Shown: piece after piece, positions 8,054 to 17,953 of the stretch
Position numbering within the stretch: the stretch's first letter is position 1
Layout of the letters: each line of letters opens with the position of its first letter
Source of the DNA: a virus
Taxonomy: Duplodnaviria > Caudoviricetes
Reading direction: 5' to 3' (one strand)
IMG/VR virus record: IMGVR_UViG_3300013121_000017
Span: 160,001 to 224,000 of that record
Length of the DNA stretch: 64,000 nucleotides
The notes under the pieces: model-generated
The model's database searches: none
The model's input: the letters and a program-made list of their open reading frames with translations, nothing else
What the model was told of the DNA's origin: nothing
Program-made: the position numbers and the translations under genes

Positions 8054-9111
8054 CCGATGAACAGAAAGACGTTGTTCGCAAGATCGTCAAGGGCGTCAAG
8101 ACCGGCAACGAACAAGTTCAGACCTTGGGCGGCTACGCCGGTACGGGCAAAACCACGATCACGACGACGCTACACGCCTTCTTCCCGAACTTCGCAACCT
8201 GTGCCTTCACCGGCAAGGCAGCGTCCGTGATGCGTAGTAAAGGCATGGAGTCAGCAGCTACGATCCACAGCACCATCTACTTCCCACAGAAGGACGAGGA
8301 CGGCAAAACGTTCTTCTACCCGAAGCCGAAAAGCATGCTCGGTTGCGACGGCTTCCTTGTCGATGAAGCATCGATGGTCGGTCGAGACGAATACAACGTG
8401 ATGCTCGACTACGGTCTGCCCATCGTGTTCATTGGCGACCACGGACAGTTGGAGCCGGTCGGGTCCGACGTGAACGTGATGAAAGACCCAATGTACACCC
8501 TGGAGAAGATCCACAGGAACGCCGGTGAGATTGCACACTTTGCCGAACACATCCGCAAGGGCGGCGATGTTCGCCGCTTCCACACCAGCGGCAAGGTTCA
8601 AGTTGCGGACGCATCGGACGCGACGGACGACATCATCACCAACACGGATCAAATCATCTGCGCCTTCAACTCGACACGCAAGGGCGTGAACAACAACATC
8701 CGCCGGCTACATGGTCGAGGCGAAACGGTGGAAGAGGGCGACCGCATCATCTGCCTGAGAAACAACAAACAGGATCAGGTCTTCAACGGCATGCACGCCA
8801 CGGTGTATCAGGTGGACTTGAAACGTCGCAAGATCACTATCGACCTTGACGACGGCGAACGAAAGTGGGATCTGCCATTCTGGCCCAAGCAGTTTGACTC
8901 CGAGTCCACGTTGACTGATGTGGACTACCAGATCAATCTGTTCGACTTCGGCTACTGCATCACCGCGCACAAAAGCCAGGGGTCAGAATGGGACAACGTA
9001 ATCGTGTATGAACAGGTCTGCAAGAAGTGGGATCATGCTCGATGGGCTTACACAGCGGCCAGCCGCGCCAAGAACGGCCTCATCTGGCTCTGTCCTAGCA
9101 AGAGATGGTGA
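8038..9111 (+). CDS. Dda/RecD2-like SF1B helicase
   Basis: GYAGTGKT, VDEASM, GDHGQL, TAHKSQGSE, YTAASRA. Confidence 0.9.
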   Translation: MAITLTDEQKDVVRKIVKGVKTGNEQVQTLGGYAGTGKTTITTTLHAFFPNFATCAFTGKAASVMRSKGMESAATIHSTIYFPQKDEDGKTFFYPKPKSMLGCDGFLVDEASMVGRDEYNVMLDYGLPIVFIGDHGQLEPVGSDVNVMKDPMYTLEKIHRNAGEIAHFAEHIRKGGDVRRFHTSGKVQVADASDATDDIITNTDQIICAFNSTRKGVNNNIRRLHGRGETVEEGDRIICLRNNKQDQVFNGMHATVYQVDLKRRKITIDLDDGERKWDLPFWPKQFDSESTLTDVDYQINLFDFGYCITAHKSQGSEWDNVIVYEQVCKKWDHARWAYTAASRAKNGLIWLCPSKRW

Positions 9112-9114
9112 TTC

Positions 9115-9849
9115 ATGAGTGAGAAATACTACACCGTTCTGGAATACGCGAAGTTGAAGGGCATCGACATCGATGTCACTTCCGCATGTTCGCACGGAAG
9201 GATCTTGACCAAGATGTCCAAGGCGGACGGCAAGACGCCTGTTCCCGTCAAGGATGTCGATTACGGTTCCGTCAACTCCTACCCCGAGTACATCCTCGAC
9301 CTGTACCTCCAGGCTGGCAAGCTCGTCAAACGAATGCCAGAAATGCCCTTTGGCTGCTACAAAGGACAGCCCATCGACCGTGTGGATATTCAGTATCTGC
9401 AATGGTTCGCAGAGAACATCGACGGACACACCGCGTTGATAGAGACGATCAAAAAATACCTCGAAACCCCAGAGGTCGCAGCCAAAATCCAAGCGGCAGA
9501 AGAAGCGAAGGACAAAAGACGCGCGAAGGTCGAGGCCAAGGCAATGGCCATGTCTTCCCTGCGTAAGTTCGCGGACTTCAACGAGGCCACACTCGCCGAC
9601 ATGCGAACGAAAACCAAGTGGAAAGAGATGGGCTACAAGTTGATGCCGGGACAGTACCCATCTGGCCAAACTCAGGGGTGCGAACTGTACCACCGATCCC
9701 AGGTCGAGATGACAGTCGCCCTGAAACAAGAAGAAGAGGAACGCCTCAAGGCCATTGAGGTACTCGACCAGATTCGATCCCAGCAAAATGACAGCTTCAA
9801 TGACTTCGTTCGAGAAATAGAAGAGGCTCTCAACCCAGAGACTCTGTGA
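9115..9849 (+). CDS. Hypothetical protein containing a PFGxYKG (DUF3820-like) module
   Basis: MPFGCYKGQPIDRVDIQYLQWF. Confidence 0.6.
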   Translation: MSEKYYTVLEYAKLKGIDIDVTSACSHGRILTKMSKADGKTPVPVKDVDYGSVNSYPEYILDLYLQAGKLVKRMPEMPFGCYKGQPIDRVDIQYLQWFAENIDGHTALIETIKKYLETPEVAAKIQAAEEAKDKRRAKVEAKAMAMSSLRKFADFNEATLADMRTKTKWKEMGYKLMPGQYPSGQTQGCELYHRSQVEMTVALKQEEEERLKAIEVLDQIRSQQNDSFNDFVREIEEALNPETL

Positions 9850-9915
9850 AGCTTCTGTGAACTTACAGCCCGCCTCCTTTGTCGCGGTCTAAATACTGAG
9901 ACAAAGGAGGTCACA

Positions 9916-10674
9916 TTGGAAAACATACTCATCAGCGATATTCACCTTGGGAGCGATGTCTGTCAAGCAGATGACTTGTGCCATCTCCTAAAGGACATCG
10001 ACCCCGATGTCACAAAGAAGCTCATCATCGTAGGCGACATCTTCGACTCCATCGACCTGCGCCGGCTCAGGAAACACCACTGGAAGGTTCTGTCGCACAT
10101 CCGCCGGCTCGCCGACAAGATCGAAATCATCTGGCTGGCTGGCAACCACGACGGCCCCGCCGAGATCGTTTCTCACTTCCTGGGTGTGCGGGTGTACGAG
10201 GACTGCATTCTTGAGAGCGGCGGCAAGAACTTCTACATCTTGCACGGTCACAAGTACGACAAGTTCATCAACGACCGTCCGATCCTAACAGCAATCGGCG
10301 ACTTCTTCTATTGGCTGTTCCAGAAGATGGACCGCAGCCACTACGTCGCCCGCATGGCCAAGAAGAGCAGCAAGCACTACCTCCGTAACACCGTGTTGAT
10401 TCGGGAAGAAGCGGTGGAGGACGCCTTGAAGAACGGTTGTGACGGCGTGGTGTGTGGTCATACCCACTGTGCCGAGATCACGCCGGTGAAAGTCAACGGA
10501 AAGACCATCACTTATTGCAACACCGGATGTTGGACGGAGAAGCCCCCTACATACATCGTCATCGACGGTGGGGTTCCCCGTTTGGAGGTCTATGTCAGAA
10601 AAAGTGATCCCGTTCAGTGTGGGAGTGATCTCGGCGTACAACCCGCACGGGAAGAAAGCCAAGCCGAAGGATAA
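9916..10674 (+). CDS. Calcineurin-like metallophosphoesterase (LpxH-like)
   Basis: SDIHLG, GDIFD, GNHD, HGH, GHTH; AAGGAGG RBS with TTG start. Confidence 0.85.
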   Translation: MENILISDIHLGSDVCQADDLCHLLKDIDPDVTKKLIIVGDIFDSIDLRRLRKHHWKVLSHIRRLADKIEIIWLAGNHDGPAEIVSHFLGVRVYEDCILESGGKNFYILHGHKYDKFINDRPILTAIGDFFYWLFQKMDRSHYVARMAKKSSKHYLRNTVLIREEAVEDALKNGCDGVVCGHTHCAEITPVKVNGKTITYCNTGCWTEKPPTYIVIDGGVPRLEVYVRKSDPVQCGSDLGVQPAREESQAEG

Positions 10675-10963
10675 CAAGACGGCCCAGGACATGTTGAAGT
10701 CCGAGATCGACGGCATGCGACTGAAGTATGTCGAGCGGGACGGCGCGTACATGGGGCATCAGGAAAAACACCTTCTCATCAAAAACATCTCTCGCCGTGA
10801 GCTTGTCAAGCTGGCCGGTAAGTACCTTCAAGTCGCCGTTCTTTATGGAGAAAGGGATGGAGAAGACTACCGTTTCGACTGGATCGAGGCAGGAAAAACG
10901 GTAAAATACAAGAAGGCGAAAGCGAAGTGGCCGGTCGATCTCCCACGGTTTGACAATACATAG
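10592..10963 (+). CDS. Hypothetical protein (DUF3293-like)
   Basis: ISAYNP motif; GGAGG RBS. Confidence 0.55.
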   Translation: MSEKVIPFSVGVISAYNPHGKKAKPKDNKTAQDMLKSEIDGMRLKYVERDGAYMGHQEKHLLIKNISRRELVKLAGKYLQVAVLYGERDGEDYRFDWIEAGKTVKYKKAKAKWPVDLPRFDNT

Positions 10964-10966
10964 GGT

Positions 10967-11110
10967 ATGGAAAAAATCAGATGTGTGTGGGCCTCACTTG
11001 ATGAAGCCCTGCAACACTGTAAGTGCAAAGACTTCAAGCCCATCAAACCGAAGGTGCGGCCCGTGACGAAGCCCCGAAAACCAGTGAAGACGGGCGGAAA
11101 TGGCAAGTAG
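10967..11110 (+). CDS. Small basic protein (47 aa)
   Basis: TACATA 4 nt before the ATG; fills the gap before the helicase. Confidence 0.4.
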   Translation: MEKIRCVWASLDEALQHCKCKDFKPIKPKVRPVTKPRKPVKTGGNGK

Positions 11111-12530
11111 ACTCACGGTATTCAACGACTTCTCTTTTCTTCAGACGGACAACCTCCATCTGAAGTCGAAGCTCTACCACGCACTCAGACACCGTGAACG
11201 AAACTACTTCCACAGTGCCGCCTACAAGGCCAACCGCTGGGATGGGTTCATCAACTTCTTCACCATTGAGTCGGGAAAGTTCATGACCGGGCTTCTGCCT
11301 GAAGTCATGCTTGCCCTGAAGCGATCCGAAGAGGAATACGAGTTCATCGACAAGCGAAGTGACATAACCTTCGCCTACGAAGAGATCCCGGCCAACTTCC
11401 TCCAGCAGTGGCAACAACCCGGCCAGGATCTGATTACTCTCGAAGACTACCAGTGCCAACTCACCGAGGCTGCGATGAAGTATCGTCGCGGCATCATTTT
11501 CGCGCCTACATCTGCCGGCAAGACCCTGGTTATGGTCTGTATGGTGCGAGCCATCAAGCCCGGCACGCCCACCCTCGTTCTCCAGAATCGACGCGGCCTT
11601 GCCCAACAAAACTACGACGAGCTTGTCAGCCGTGGCGTACCCAACGTCGGAACGTGCTGGGGCGGTGCGATCAAGCCGAACGTCATCACCGTAGCAACCG
11701 TACAGTCGCTGGAGAAGATCAAGAACCTGCTGCCGCACTTCAAGGTGCTGCTGGTGGACGAGATTCACGACATGATGTCCACGCAGCCAAAGAACGTCTA
11801 CAAGGCGATGAAGGGTGCGTGCTTCCGTGTCGCCATGTCGGCCACGCCGTTCAAGTACGGCGAGACGGACAAGGTCCAGAAGTACATGGTGAAGGGTTTC
11901 TTCGGCCCGGAGCTTCTGATTGAAGCGGCGAAGGAAGATGGCGGCAGGCTGACCACCAAGGGCTTGCAGAAGCGTGGCCGGCTCTCGAAGAGTCACTGCA
12001 CCTTCTTCCCGGTGCGTGAGCCGAACCTCGAATACGAACTGTATCAGGACGCCGTCACTTTCGGCATCGCTGAGAACTTCGACTTCCACCACATGGTCAA
12101 GAAGCTGGCCCTGTCCCAGAAGGGTCGCACCTTGATCCTTGTGGAACGCATCGCACACGGGGACGCCCTCAACAACTTGATTCCTGGCTCCCTGTGGGTT
12201 CGCGGCCAGGACAACGACACGACTCGCAAAGAGGTCGTGAGGCAGCTTCAGGTCAACGAGAACTGCATCGCGATTGCGACACAGGGCATCTTCAACACCG
12301 GCATCAACGTCTTCATCCACTCGCTCATCAATGCGGCGGGCGGACAGGCCGAACACCAGATCATCCAGAGGATGGGTCGTGGTCTTCGTACCGCCAAGGA
12401 CAAGACGATGCTCCAGTATTACGACTTCATCTTCTACAACAACGAGTACCTGCTCAAGCACAGCAAGAAGCGTATCCGCACCCTCAAGCAGCAGGGCCAC
12501 GAAATCGAGTTCAAGGACTTCGACCTATGA
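11100..12530 (+). CDS. UvsW-like SF2 DNA helicase
   Basis: APTSAGKT, VDEIH, SAT, QRMGRGLR; WDG.I N-terminal motif. Confidence 0.88.
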   Translation: MASRLTVFNDFSFLQTDNLHLKSKLYHALRHRERNYFHSAAYKANRWDGFINFFTIESGKFMTGLLPEVMLALKRSEEEYEFIDKRSDITFAYEEIPANFLQQWQQPGQDLITLEDYQCQLTEAAMKYRRGIIFAPTSAGKTLVMVCMVRAIKPGTPTLVLQNRRGLAQQNYDELVSRGVPNVGTCWGGAIKPNVITVATVQSLEKIKNLLPHFKVLLVDEIHDMMSTQPKNVYKAMKGACFRVAMSATPFKYGETDKVQKYMVKGFFGPELLIEAAKEDGGRLTTKGLQKRGRLSKSHCTFFPVREPNLEYELYQDAVTFGIAENFDFHHMVKKLALSQKGRTLILVERIAHGDALNNLIPGSLWVRGQDNDTTRKEVVRQLQVNENCIAIATQGIFNTGINVFIHSLINAAGGQAEHQIIQRMGRGLRTAKDKTMLQYYDFIFYNNEYLLKHSKKRIRTLKQQGHEIEFKDFDL

Positions 12531-12874
12531 ACCCAGTCTGGCTTTTGATGATCCCGGCGTTCGCATTCTTCTGTGCCGGCGCGTACTGCTCGTACACCAA
12601 AACAGTCCGCGACAGTTGGATGTACTTGCCGAGCTTCGTGATCTTGACCATGCTGTGCGGCTGGTTGTGGGTTGTAGGTTCTCGCCATCTGGGTAAAGAC
12701 GGAGACGCCACCAAGGAGATCATGTTCTTCTCCTTGGTGTGGGACGTACTAATGATCGCAGCTTACTATGCTCTGCCCTTGATTTTCAAGGGGGAGGGCT
12801 TCAACTGGCAGGCATACGTTGCCGCCGGTCTTGCCATGATCGGCATTGTCTGGTTCAAGCTGGCCACTGGCTGA
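12527..12874 (+). CDS. Small membrane protein with ~4 TM helices
   Basis: ATGA overlap; four hydrophobic segments. Confidence 0.7.
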   Translation: MNPVWLLMIPAFAFFCAGAYCSYTKTVRDSWMYLPSFVILTMLCGWLWVVGSRHLGKDGDATKEIMFFSLVWDVLMIAAYYALPLIFKGEGFNWQAYVAAGLAMIGIVWFKLATG

Positions 12875-13672
12875 AATGACCTTCCGAACCATGTTTCCCT
12901 GCACCTCAACCAAGCCCTTCATCAAGCATCGCTTGAGAGCGGCCTTATAGAGGACACGCAACGCCCGCCGCAGACTTTTCTCCTGCGAGCATGTCGGCCT
13001 CACCTGAGCGTTGTTTTTCTTTGCCGAATAAGATCTCTCCCACTGCTGTCTCTGTGTCGAGATCGTGAGCAGATTGTCCGTGCTTTCGATCTTGCGGATG
13101 CCCTCTTGCACACTGGCCTGACTTGTCCAAACGGTAGGAAAGTATTTCTCAGTGTCGAGGTAGATGCCAGCCATCTTGATGACACCTGGGCTGGCATTCT
13201 TCATGACACACTTGTCCTCATCAAGAGGAGTCGTGATGGCCTTCTCGAATGTCCACCCCTGGCTTAGTCGCTTGTGAATGGTGTTAGCCTTGATCTTCAC
13301 GACCTTGCTCCACCCCGTCACAGTAAGAGACTTACCTTGGTAGGTGTACTTGATGTTCTTCCTAATGTTCTGTCGCCTGAGCCTGATGTTGATCTTGGCA
13401 GGATCGAACTCCTTGCACATGTAGCTCTCGATCAGACGCGCGATACGGCGTCGGCCACGATCAATCTTGATAGACAGTGGTTCGGACTTTTTCGGGTTCT
13501 TGGATCGACTGAGTTCTTGCTCTCTGGCGCGACAAGCGACGATGTCGTCCACCATAGGTAGGAAAAGCATGTAAAACACACGCCTTGAAACCCAGCCTTC
13601 CTCGTTCAACCAGTTTTTCTTGTCAAGAAGAATAGCCTCAGCCATTCGCTTGAGATCTGATGTATCGAGCAT
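12749..13672 (-). CDS. Basic DNA-binding protein with a homing-endonuclease-associated helical module
   Basis: YQGKSLTVTGWS..NTIHKRLSQGWTFEKAITTP; GGAGG RBS. Confidence 0.55.
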   Translation of the reverse strand: MLDTSDLKRMAEAILLDKKNWLNEEGWVSRRVFYMLFLPMVDDIVACRAREQELSRSKNPKKSEPLSIKIDRGRRRIARLIESYMCKEFDPAKINIRLRRQNIRKNIKYTYQGKSLTVTGWSKVVKIKANTIHKRLSQGWTFEKAITTPLDEDKCVMKNASPGVIKMAGIYLDTEKYFPTVWTSQASVQEGIRKIESTDNLLTISTQRQQWERSYSAKKNNAQVRPTCSQEKSLRRALRVLYKAALKRCLMKGLVEVQGNMVRKVISASGQLEPDNADHGKTGGNVCLPVEALPLENQGQSIVSCDH

Positions 13673-13737
13673 GTTGTGATCCTCCGAAATTGCACCAACC
13701 GACACGGGCAGTTTCCGTGTCGGTTGGTGCGAATTGG

Positions 13738-14736
13738 TTATCCGACGACCGGCTTTTTGCCCTGGCACTTGCCGAGCAATTCGCCGAGTTCCTTGTGGAG
13801 AACACTCACCCGAGTAACCTCCTCGGGAGTGAGGGTCTGGGCGGTGTTGCTGTTTGGCATGCGGAGGATGGCGATCAGCTTGTCCACTCGGTTGAGAAGC
13901 TCGGTCTTGGAGAGGACGTTCCGGCCACTCTTGAGAGGCAGATCACCGCCGTTGGTTTTCTGCTTGTGAATGGCCACGAAGCGGTTGGGGATGTCAGCGA
14001 GCAAGGCGCGTTGCTCGTCCGGGGTCTTGCAGGCCCGGTACGCATCACTGAACGCCTTGATCTGATTCGCGGTGACACCCGGAGAAGCGATTGCGGCCTT
14101 GGTCATCTCCTCGGCCACGATCAGGGTGACCTGTCGTTTCGCTTCGCCCAGAGCCTTCTTCACCGTCTCATGCAGCGTGCCGGCCTTGGGAAGCGTGCCG
14201 AAACACTGCTGGAAGGTGCGTTCGTCAATCACGTCACGAAGCTGACTGCGGGAAACCCCGAACAGCTTGGCGGCGTGGTCCACGGACATGCCGAACGTTT
14301 CGACTTCCGTTGCGGCGTGGTTGAGCTTCACCGCAGGCATGTTGCGTTCGCCATTCTTGTCGTTGGCGGTCTTGGTGAAGTGACGCCTCATCGTGTCGGA
14401 AGGGAAATTCACGACGTAGGCGTTCACAAACTCGGCGTCCTTGCTCAACTCGTAGCGGTGGTTGGTTACGACGATTGCAGGGAACTTCTTTCCCTTCTGC
14501 AAGTCCTTCTCCATCGTGTCGAGCCAGTCCTGAATCAACGGCTGTTCCAGCCGCGCCTGATTCTTCAGACTGGCAGAGCGGTCGATTCTTGACCGCTTGA
14601 GCTTCACGAAGTTCCACTGACCGGAGGGCGGGTCGATGTCCTTGGCACATTCGGTGAGGCCGAGCCTCAGCAGTTCCTGCTCCAGCACCTCATCACGCAG
14701 AAGGCTGGAATGGGCGATGCTGATCGAGTTCTTCAT
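13738..14736 (-). CDS. ParB-like protein
   Basis: M..G.KFPAIVV and an HTH-like AAKLFGVSRSQL; AGGAG RBS. Confidence 0.5.
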   Translation of the reverse strand: MKNSISIAHSSLLRDEVLEQELLRLGLTECAKDIDPPSGQWNFVKLKRSRIDRSASLKNQARLEQPLIQDWLDTMEKDLQKGKKFPAIVVTNHRYELSKDAEFVNAYVVNFPSDTMRRHFTKTANDKNGERNMPAVKLNHAATEVETFGMSVDHAAKLFGVSRSQLRDVIDERTFQQCFGTLPKAGTLHETVKKALGEAKRQVTLIVAEEMTKAAIASPGVTANQIKAFSDAYRACKTPDEQRALLADIPNRFVAIHKQKTNGGDLPLKSGRNVLSKTELLNRVDKLIAILRMPNSNTAQTLTPEEVTRVSVLHKELGELLGKCQGKKPVVG

Positions 14737-14877
14737 GTGATCTCCTGATTAGAAGACTTGAAGGGTGGGCAGATGACAATGAAAACACTACATGTCAATC
14801 ACCTTCATTGCTGATTGACAGTATAATGGACTGCGCTGACCAAGGCAAATCGAAAAAGCTGAATTTGGGGGAAGGTC

Positions 14878-15279
14878 ATGAAAAGGACGGTCGAGGAGTG
14901 GTGTGCGAGAATGTGGAGAGGCATGAAGAGCCGGGTGAAAAATCGGCCCACCTACGCGGACGTGGAGATCAGATGCAGCCGCAGCGAATTCATGATCTGG
15001 GCAATGCCCAGAGTGCGTGCCTTCCTGTACTTCAACCCCGACCAGACGCCCTCCCCAGATCGAATCAATGACGGCCACTACGATTTGGGGGACATGCGGA
15101 TAATCGACGCAGACGAGAACCGGCGGCGATCACGGTTCATCGCTAAGTACCTGAAGCTAGACAAGTTAGAGACGGAAGACGAGAAAATTGAGGTGCTGGC
15201 AATCAATACTGTAGCGACAATGAAGCACGCCGGAATCGACAAGAAGAAGTTCATCGATTTCTTGCAGACCAGAATATAA
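14878..15279 (+). CDS. HNH-like endonuclease
   Basis: W.GMKSR, PSPDRIND.HY..GDMRII...EN. Confidence 0.65.
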   Translation: MKRTVEEWCARMWRGMKSRVKNRPTYADVEIRCSRSEFMIWAMPRVRAFLYFNPDQTPSPDRINDGHYDLGDMRIIDADENRRRSRFIAKYLKLDKLETEDEKIEVLAINTVATMKHAGIDKKKFIDFLQTRI

Positions 15280-15282
15280 TGA

Positions 15283-15477
15283 TCAGATGTATCGTGGGCC
15301 GTGCTTTCTCTCGAACTCTTCTTCCTCGGCGTTCGCGCGATCCACTTCTTTCTTCTCTTTGATGCCGGCGTTCCAGGCCATCTTCAAGAGGATCTCCAAT
15401 GCGTCCCGGCTGAAAGTGTATTCCTTCTTGCCGGGAGGCACGGATTCTTTCATCCACCGCTCGAATGCGTAGCTCAT
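15283..15477 (-). CDS. Small hypothetical protein
   Basis: ATGA coupling with the upstream kinase. Confidence 0.55.
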   Translation of the reverse strand: MSYAFERWMKESVPPGKKEYTFSRDALEILLKMAWNAGIKEKKEVDRANAEEEEFERKHGPRYI

Positions 15478-16142
15478 AGGTAGTTTTTTTCGAGCTTCCT
15501 TGCCCGCCCTTTCATCTCTTCGAGTTCCCTCTCCAGTGCAAGCACACGCTGCTGCGTGGCATCGAAGTAGTCGTCATAGCTGACCCACTGGAACCGCATG
15601 AGCATGTCCGAGATGGTCTGCTCGGGTACGCCGTGGACGGTCTTTTCGCACAGCATCTTGGCGATCTCGCCCGCCTTGACGCGGTCCTGCTCCATATTCT
15701 CCTGCTTCTTGGCCAGGAGGAACGGCAAAACCGTTTCCTTCCACCACGGAGAATCCGGGTAGACGAAGTGGACCGCGTAGCCGTGATCCAGGGCGTAGTC
15801 GAGGTAGATGCGGAAGCCCTGAAGCGAGATGTTCGTGTTGTCCACGATGATGGACTTCGGGAACGTCTTGTCCTTCCACGGTTCCTTCATGCAGGCCAAC
15901 ACTTTGGCCTCGCAGTCGCGGTGGCCCAGGTGAGCCTTCTGAGGCGTCCAGTTCTTCCGGTACTCCTCACCCTCACCGTAGAAGTGATCCGCCGAGAAGA
16001 TCGGGGCGTTGCGAAGCCGCTCGGACAGACGCTGGGCGCGGTGGCTCTTCCCCGTGCCGGGGATGCCACGCATGACGTAGAGATCCAGAGCCTGCCCCTG
16101 ACCGCACATGAACAGTTCCATGTCGAAACCGTGCGTCAACAT
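15474..16142 (-). CDS. P-loop kinase (AAA_33/N4BP2-like)
   Basis: MRGIPGTGKS, SADHF, IIVDNTN, HGVP; GGAGG RBS. Confidence 0.8.
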   Translation of the reverse strand: MLTHGFDMELFMCGQGQALDLYVMRGIPGTGKSHRAQRLSERLRNAPIFSADHFYGEGEEYRKNWTPQKAHLGHRDCEAKVLACMKEPWKDKTFPKSIIVDNTNISLQGFRIYLDYALDHGYAVHFVYPDSPWWKETVLPFLLAKKQENMEQDRVKAGEIAKMLCEKTVHGVPEQTISDMLMRFQWVSYDDYFDATQQRVLALERELEEMKGRARKLEKNYL

Positions 16143-16339
16143 GAAGTATCCTCCATTGATTCCCATTCGAGACTCCACCACGGCGCATCTACGTCACGAT
16201 AGACAAGACGCGGCTTCTTGTAAAGAGGTTCGTCTTGTTTTCGCTCGCCGTACTTGAACTTGTGGTAGAAGATCAGCCCCTTGGGAGACGGCAAAGGCTG
16301 TACGGCCAACAACTTACCGGCGATGAGGGTCGAGTTCAC
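16136..16339 (-). CDS. Mini-protein resembling the Gol region of gp23 major capsid protein
   Basis: LIAGKLLAVQPLPSPKGLIFY vs T4 gp23 LIAFDICGVQPMNSPTGQVF; GTGA-coupled within an operon. Confidence 0.65.
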   Translation of the reverse strand: MNSTLIAGKLLAVQPLPSPKGLIFYHKFKYGERKQDEPLYKKPRLVYRDVDAPWWSLEWESMEDTSC

Positions 16340-16530
16340 TTGTCCTTCTTTTCGACCTGGGCCTCAAGCTGTTTGACTCGTTCCTTCAAGTCCTTGTAGT
16401 CCTCACCGGCAGTCCTGATCATGAAGATCAACAGGCCGAAAATAAGTAACGTCATGATTGCACCAAGGCAACCGGGGCTATTTGCCTCACGCTCTTTGCG
16501 GATGATCTCTTTGACATCCCATTCAGTCAT
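16336..16530 (-). CDS. Small single-TM protein
   Basis: GCLGAIMTLLIFGLLIFMI followed by a coiled coil. Confidence 0.6.
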   Translation of the reverse strand: MTEWDVKEIIRKEREANSPGCLGAIMTLLIFGLLIFMIRTAGEDYKDLKERVKQLEAQVEKKDK

Positions 16531-16532
16531 GG

Positions 16533-17447
16533 TTAGTTCCCGTGCCAGGATTCGATGAAGCGGACAGTGCCGCTGTTTGACCGCATGAAGACACTGTGGG
16601 TGATCGGCCCGCGACCGTCCCACCGCACGCCCTTGAGCATCGAGCCATTCGTGATGCCGGTCCCCACGAAGCAGCAAGGCCCAGCAACCAGATCTTCAAT
16701 TCCCAGGATAGGCTCGCCCCAGTCTGGACAATCGTTCGGCCAGACCTGTCCTTGGAAGTGGCCTCCCATGCACTTGATTGCAGCCGCCGTGATGACGGCC
16801 TCGGGTGCGCCACCGATACCGTACTGAATGTCGATGCCAGAGTCAGGCAGACATGCAGCGATACCGGCTGACACGTCACAGTCCTGAATCAGCTTGAGAC
16901 GAACACCCAGCTTGCGAGCCACGGCGACGAAGACATCATGACGGGGACGCTTCAACATGCACACCGTCAACTGGTTTAATGGCTTGTTGAGCCAGTCGGC
17001 AGCGAGCTTCAGATTGTAATCTAGCGGGTGTTCCAGAGATAGACCGGCTTTGGCGAGCCTGGGACCACACGCCAGCTTGAGCATGTAGTGGGCTTCGGTC
17101 GTGAACATAGTGTTGTGGCCAGAGAAAGCCATAACACTCAGGGCTTCAGGTCCGCCCTCGGCAGTAGGTGTCGTTCCCTCGATTGGGTCCACGGCGATGT
17201 CGTAGAGAAGGTCGGGACCAGACCCCACGAACTCACCCTGAAAGAGGCCGGCTGACTTGTCTTTCTTGCCTTCGCCGATCTTGATCTCGGCGCGAATGTT
17301 GAGAGAATCGAGACGCTTTCGCATGGCATCGACTGCCGCTGTGTCTGCGGCAATCTTGTCGCCAGATCCAACCCACCGAGATGCCGAAATAGCGGCAGCC
17401 TCGGTTACACGAACCATTTCAAGTCCGATGTTCTTCAGAGAGTCCAT
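16533..17447 (-). CDS. glpX: Fructose-1,6-bisphosphatase class II
   Basis: VRVTEAAA, IGEG, DIAVDPIEGT, GIGGAPE, TGITNG.ML.GV. Confidence 0.93.
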   Translation of the reverse strand: MDSLKNIGLEMVRVTEAAAISASRWVGSGDKIAADTAAVDAMRKRLDSLNIRAEIKIGEGKKDKSAGLFQGEFVGSGPDLLYDIAVDPIEGTTPTAEGGPEALSVMAFSGHNTMFTTEAHYMLKLACGPRLAKAGLSLEHPLDYNLKLAADWLNKPLNQLTVCMLKRPRHDVFVAVARKLGVRLKLIQDCDVSAGIAACLPDSGIDIQYGIGGAPEAVITAAAIKCMGGHFQGQVWPNDCPDWGEPILGIEDLVAGPCCFVGTGITNGSMLKGVRWDGRGPITHSVFMRSNSGTVRFIESWHGN

Positions 17448-17526
17448 ACACGATCCCCAAGATGAAGTGTTACTTGTGCTACAGGTCGGCAACAAGTACC
17501 AACCTCGCACGACGGGTTACTTCATT

Positions 17527-17916
17527 CTACGGAGCGGTAGGCGTTGGAGTCGGAGATGGAGGCGGCGTGCCAGGAGCGGGCTTCTGAGCCGATGAGTCAT
17601 CATCCTTGCCCATGACCTTGCCGATGTTGACAGGCTCGGCGGTCAGCACATCGAGCAGTTCACCAAGCCGCTTGTTCTGCGGTTCGTTGAAGAGTGCCTG
17701 GGCGTTTTTCTGGACTTTGGGAGAGAGTTTCTTCCAGAGAGCGGAAGACATCAAGGTCTTCGACACGTTGTCGAGATCGAGTTGTTCGAGCGGGATGTCC
17801 TCGCCGGTCTTGTCGTTGATGGTATCGTCAAGACCCATGTTGGAAATAAGAACTGTACGGAGGTGCTTGCTCTCGTCAGCCTCCCGCAGTATGCAGTAAT
17901 CGCGAAACGTCTTCAT
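17527..17916 (-). CDS. Hypothetical protein, possible internal head protein
   Basis: MKTFRDYCILRE start; TATAAT 6 nt upstream. Confidence 0.65.
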   Translation of the reverse strand: MKTFRDYCILREADESKHLRTVLISNMGLDDTINDKTGEDIPLEQLDLDNVSKTLMSSALWKKLSPKVQKNAQALFNEPQNKRLGELLDVLTAEPVNIGKVMGKDDDSSAQKPAPGTPPPSPTPTPTAP

Positions 17917-17953
17917 GCCTGTATTATATGGTCCTGGGCCGCTAAATAAGACG

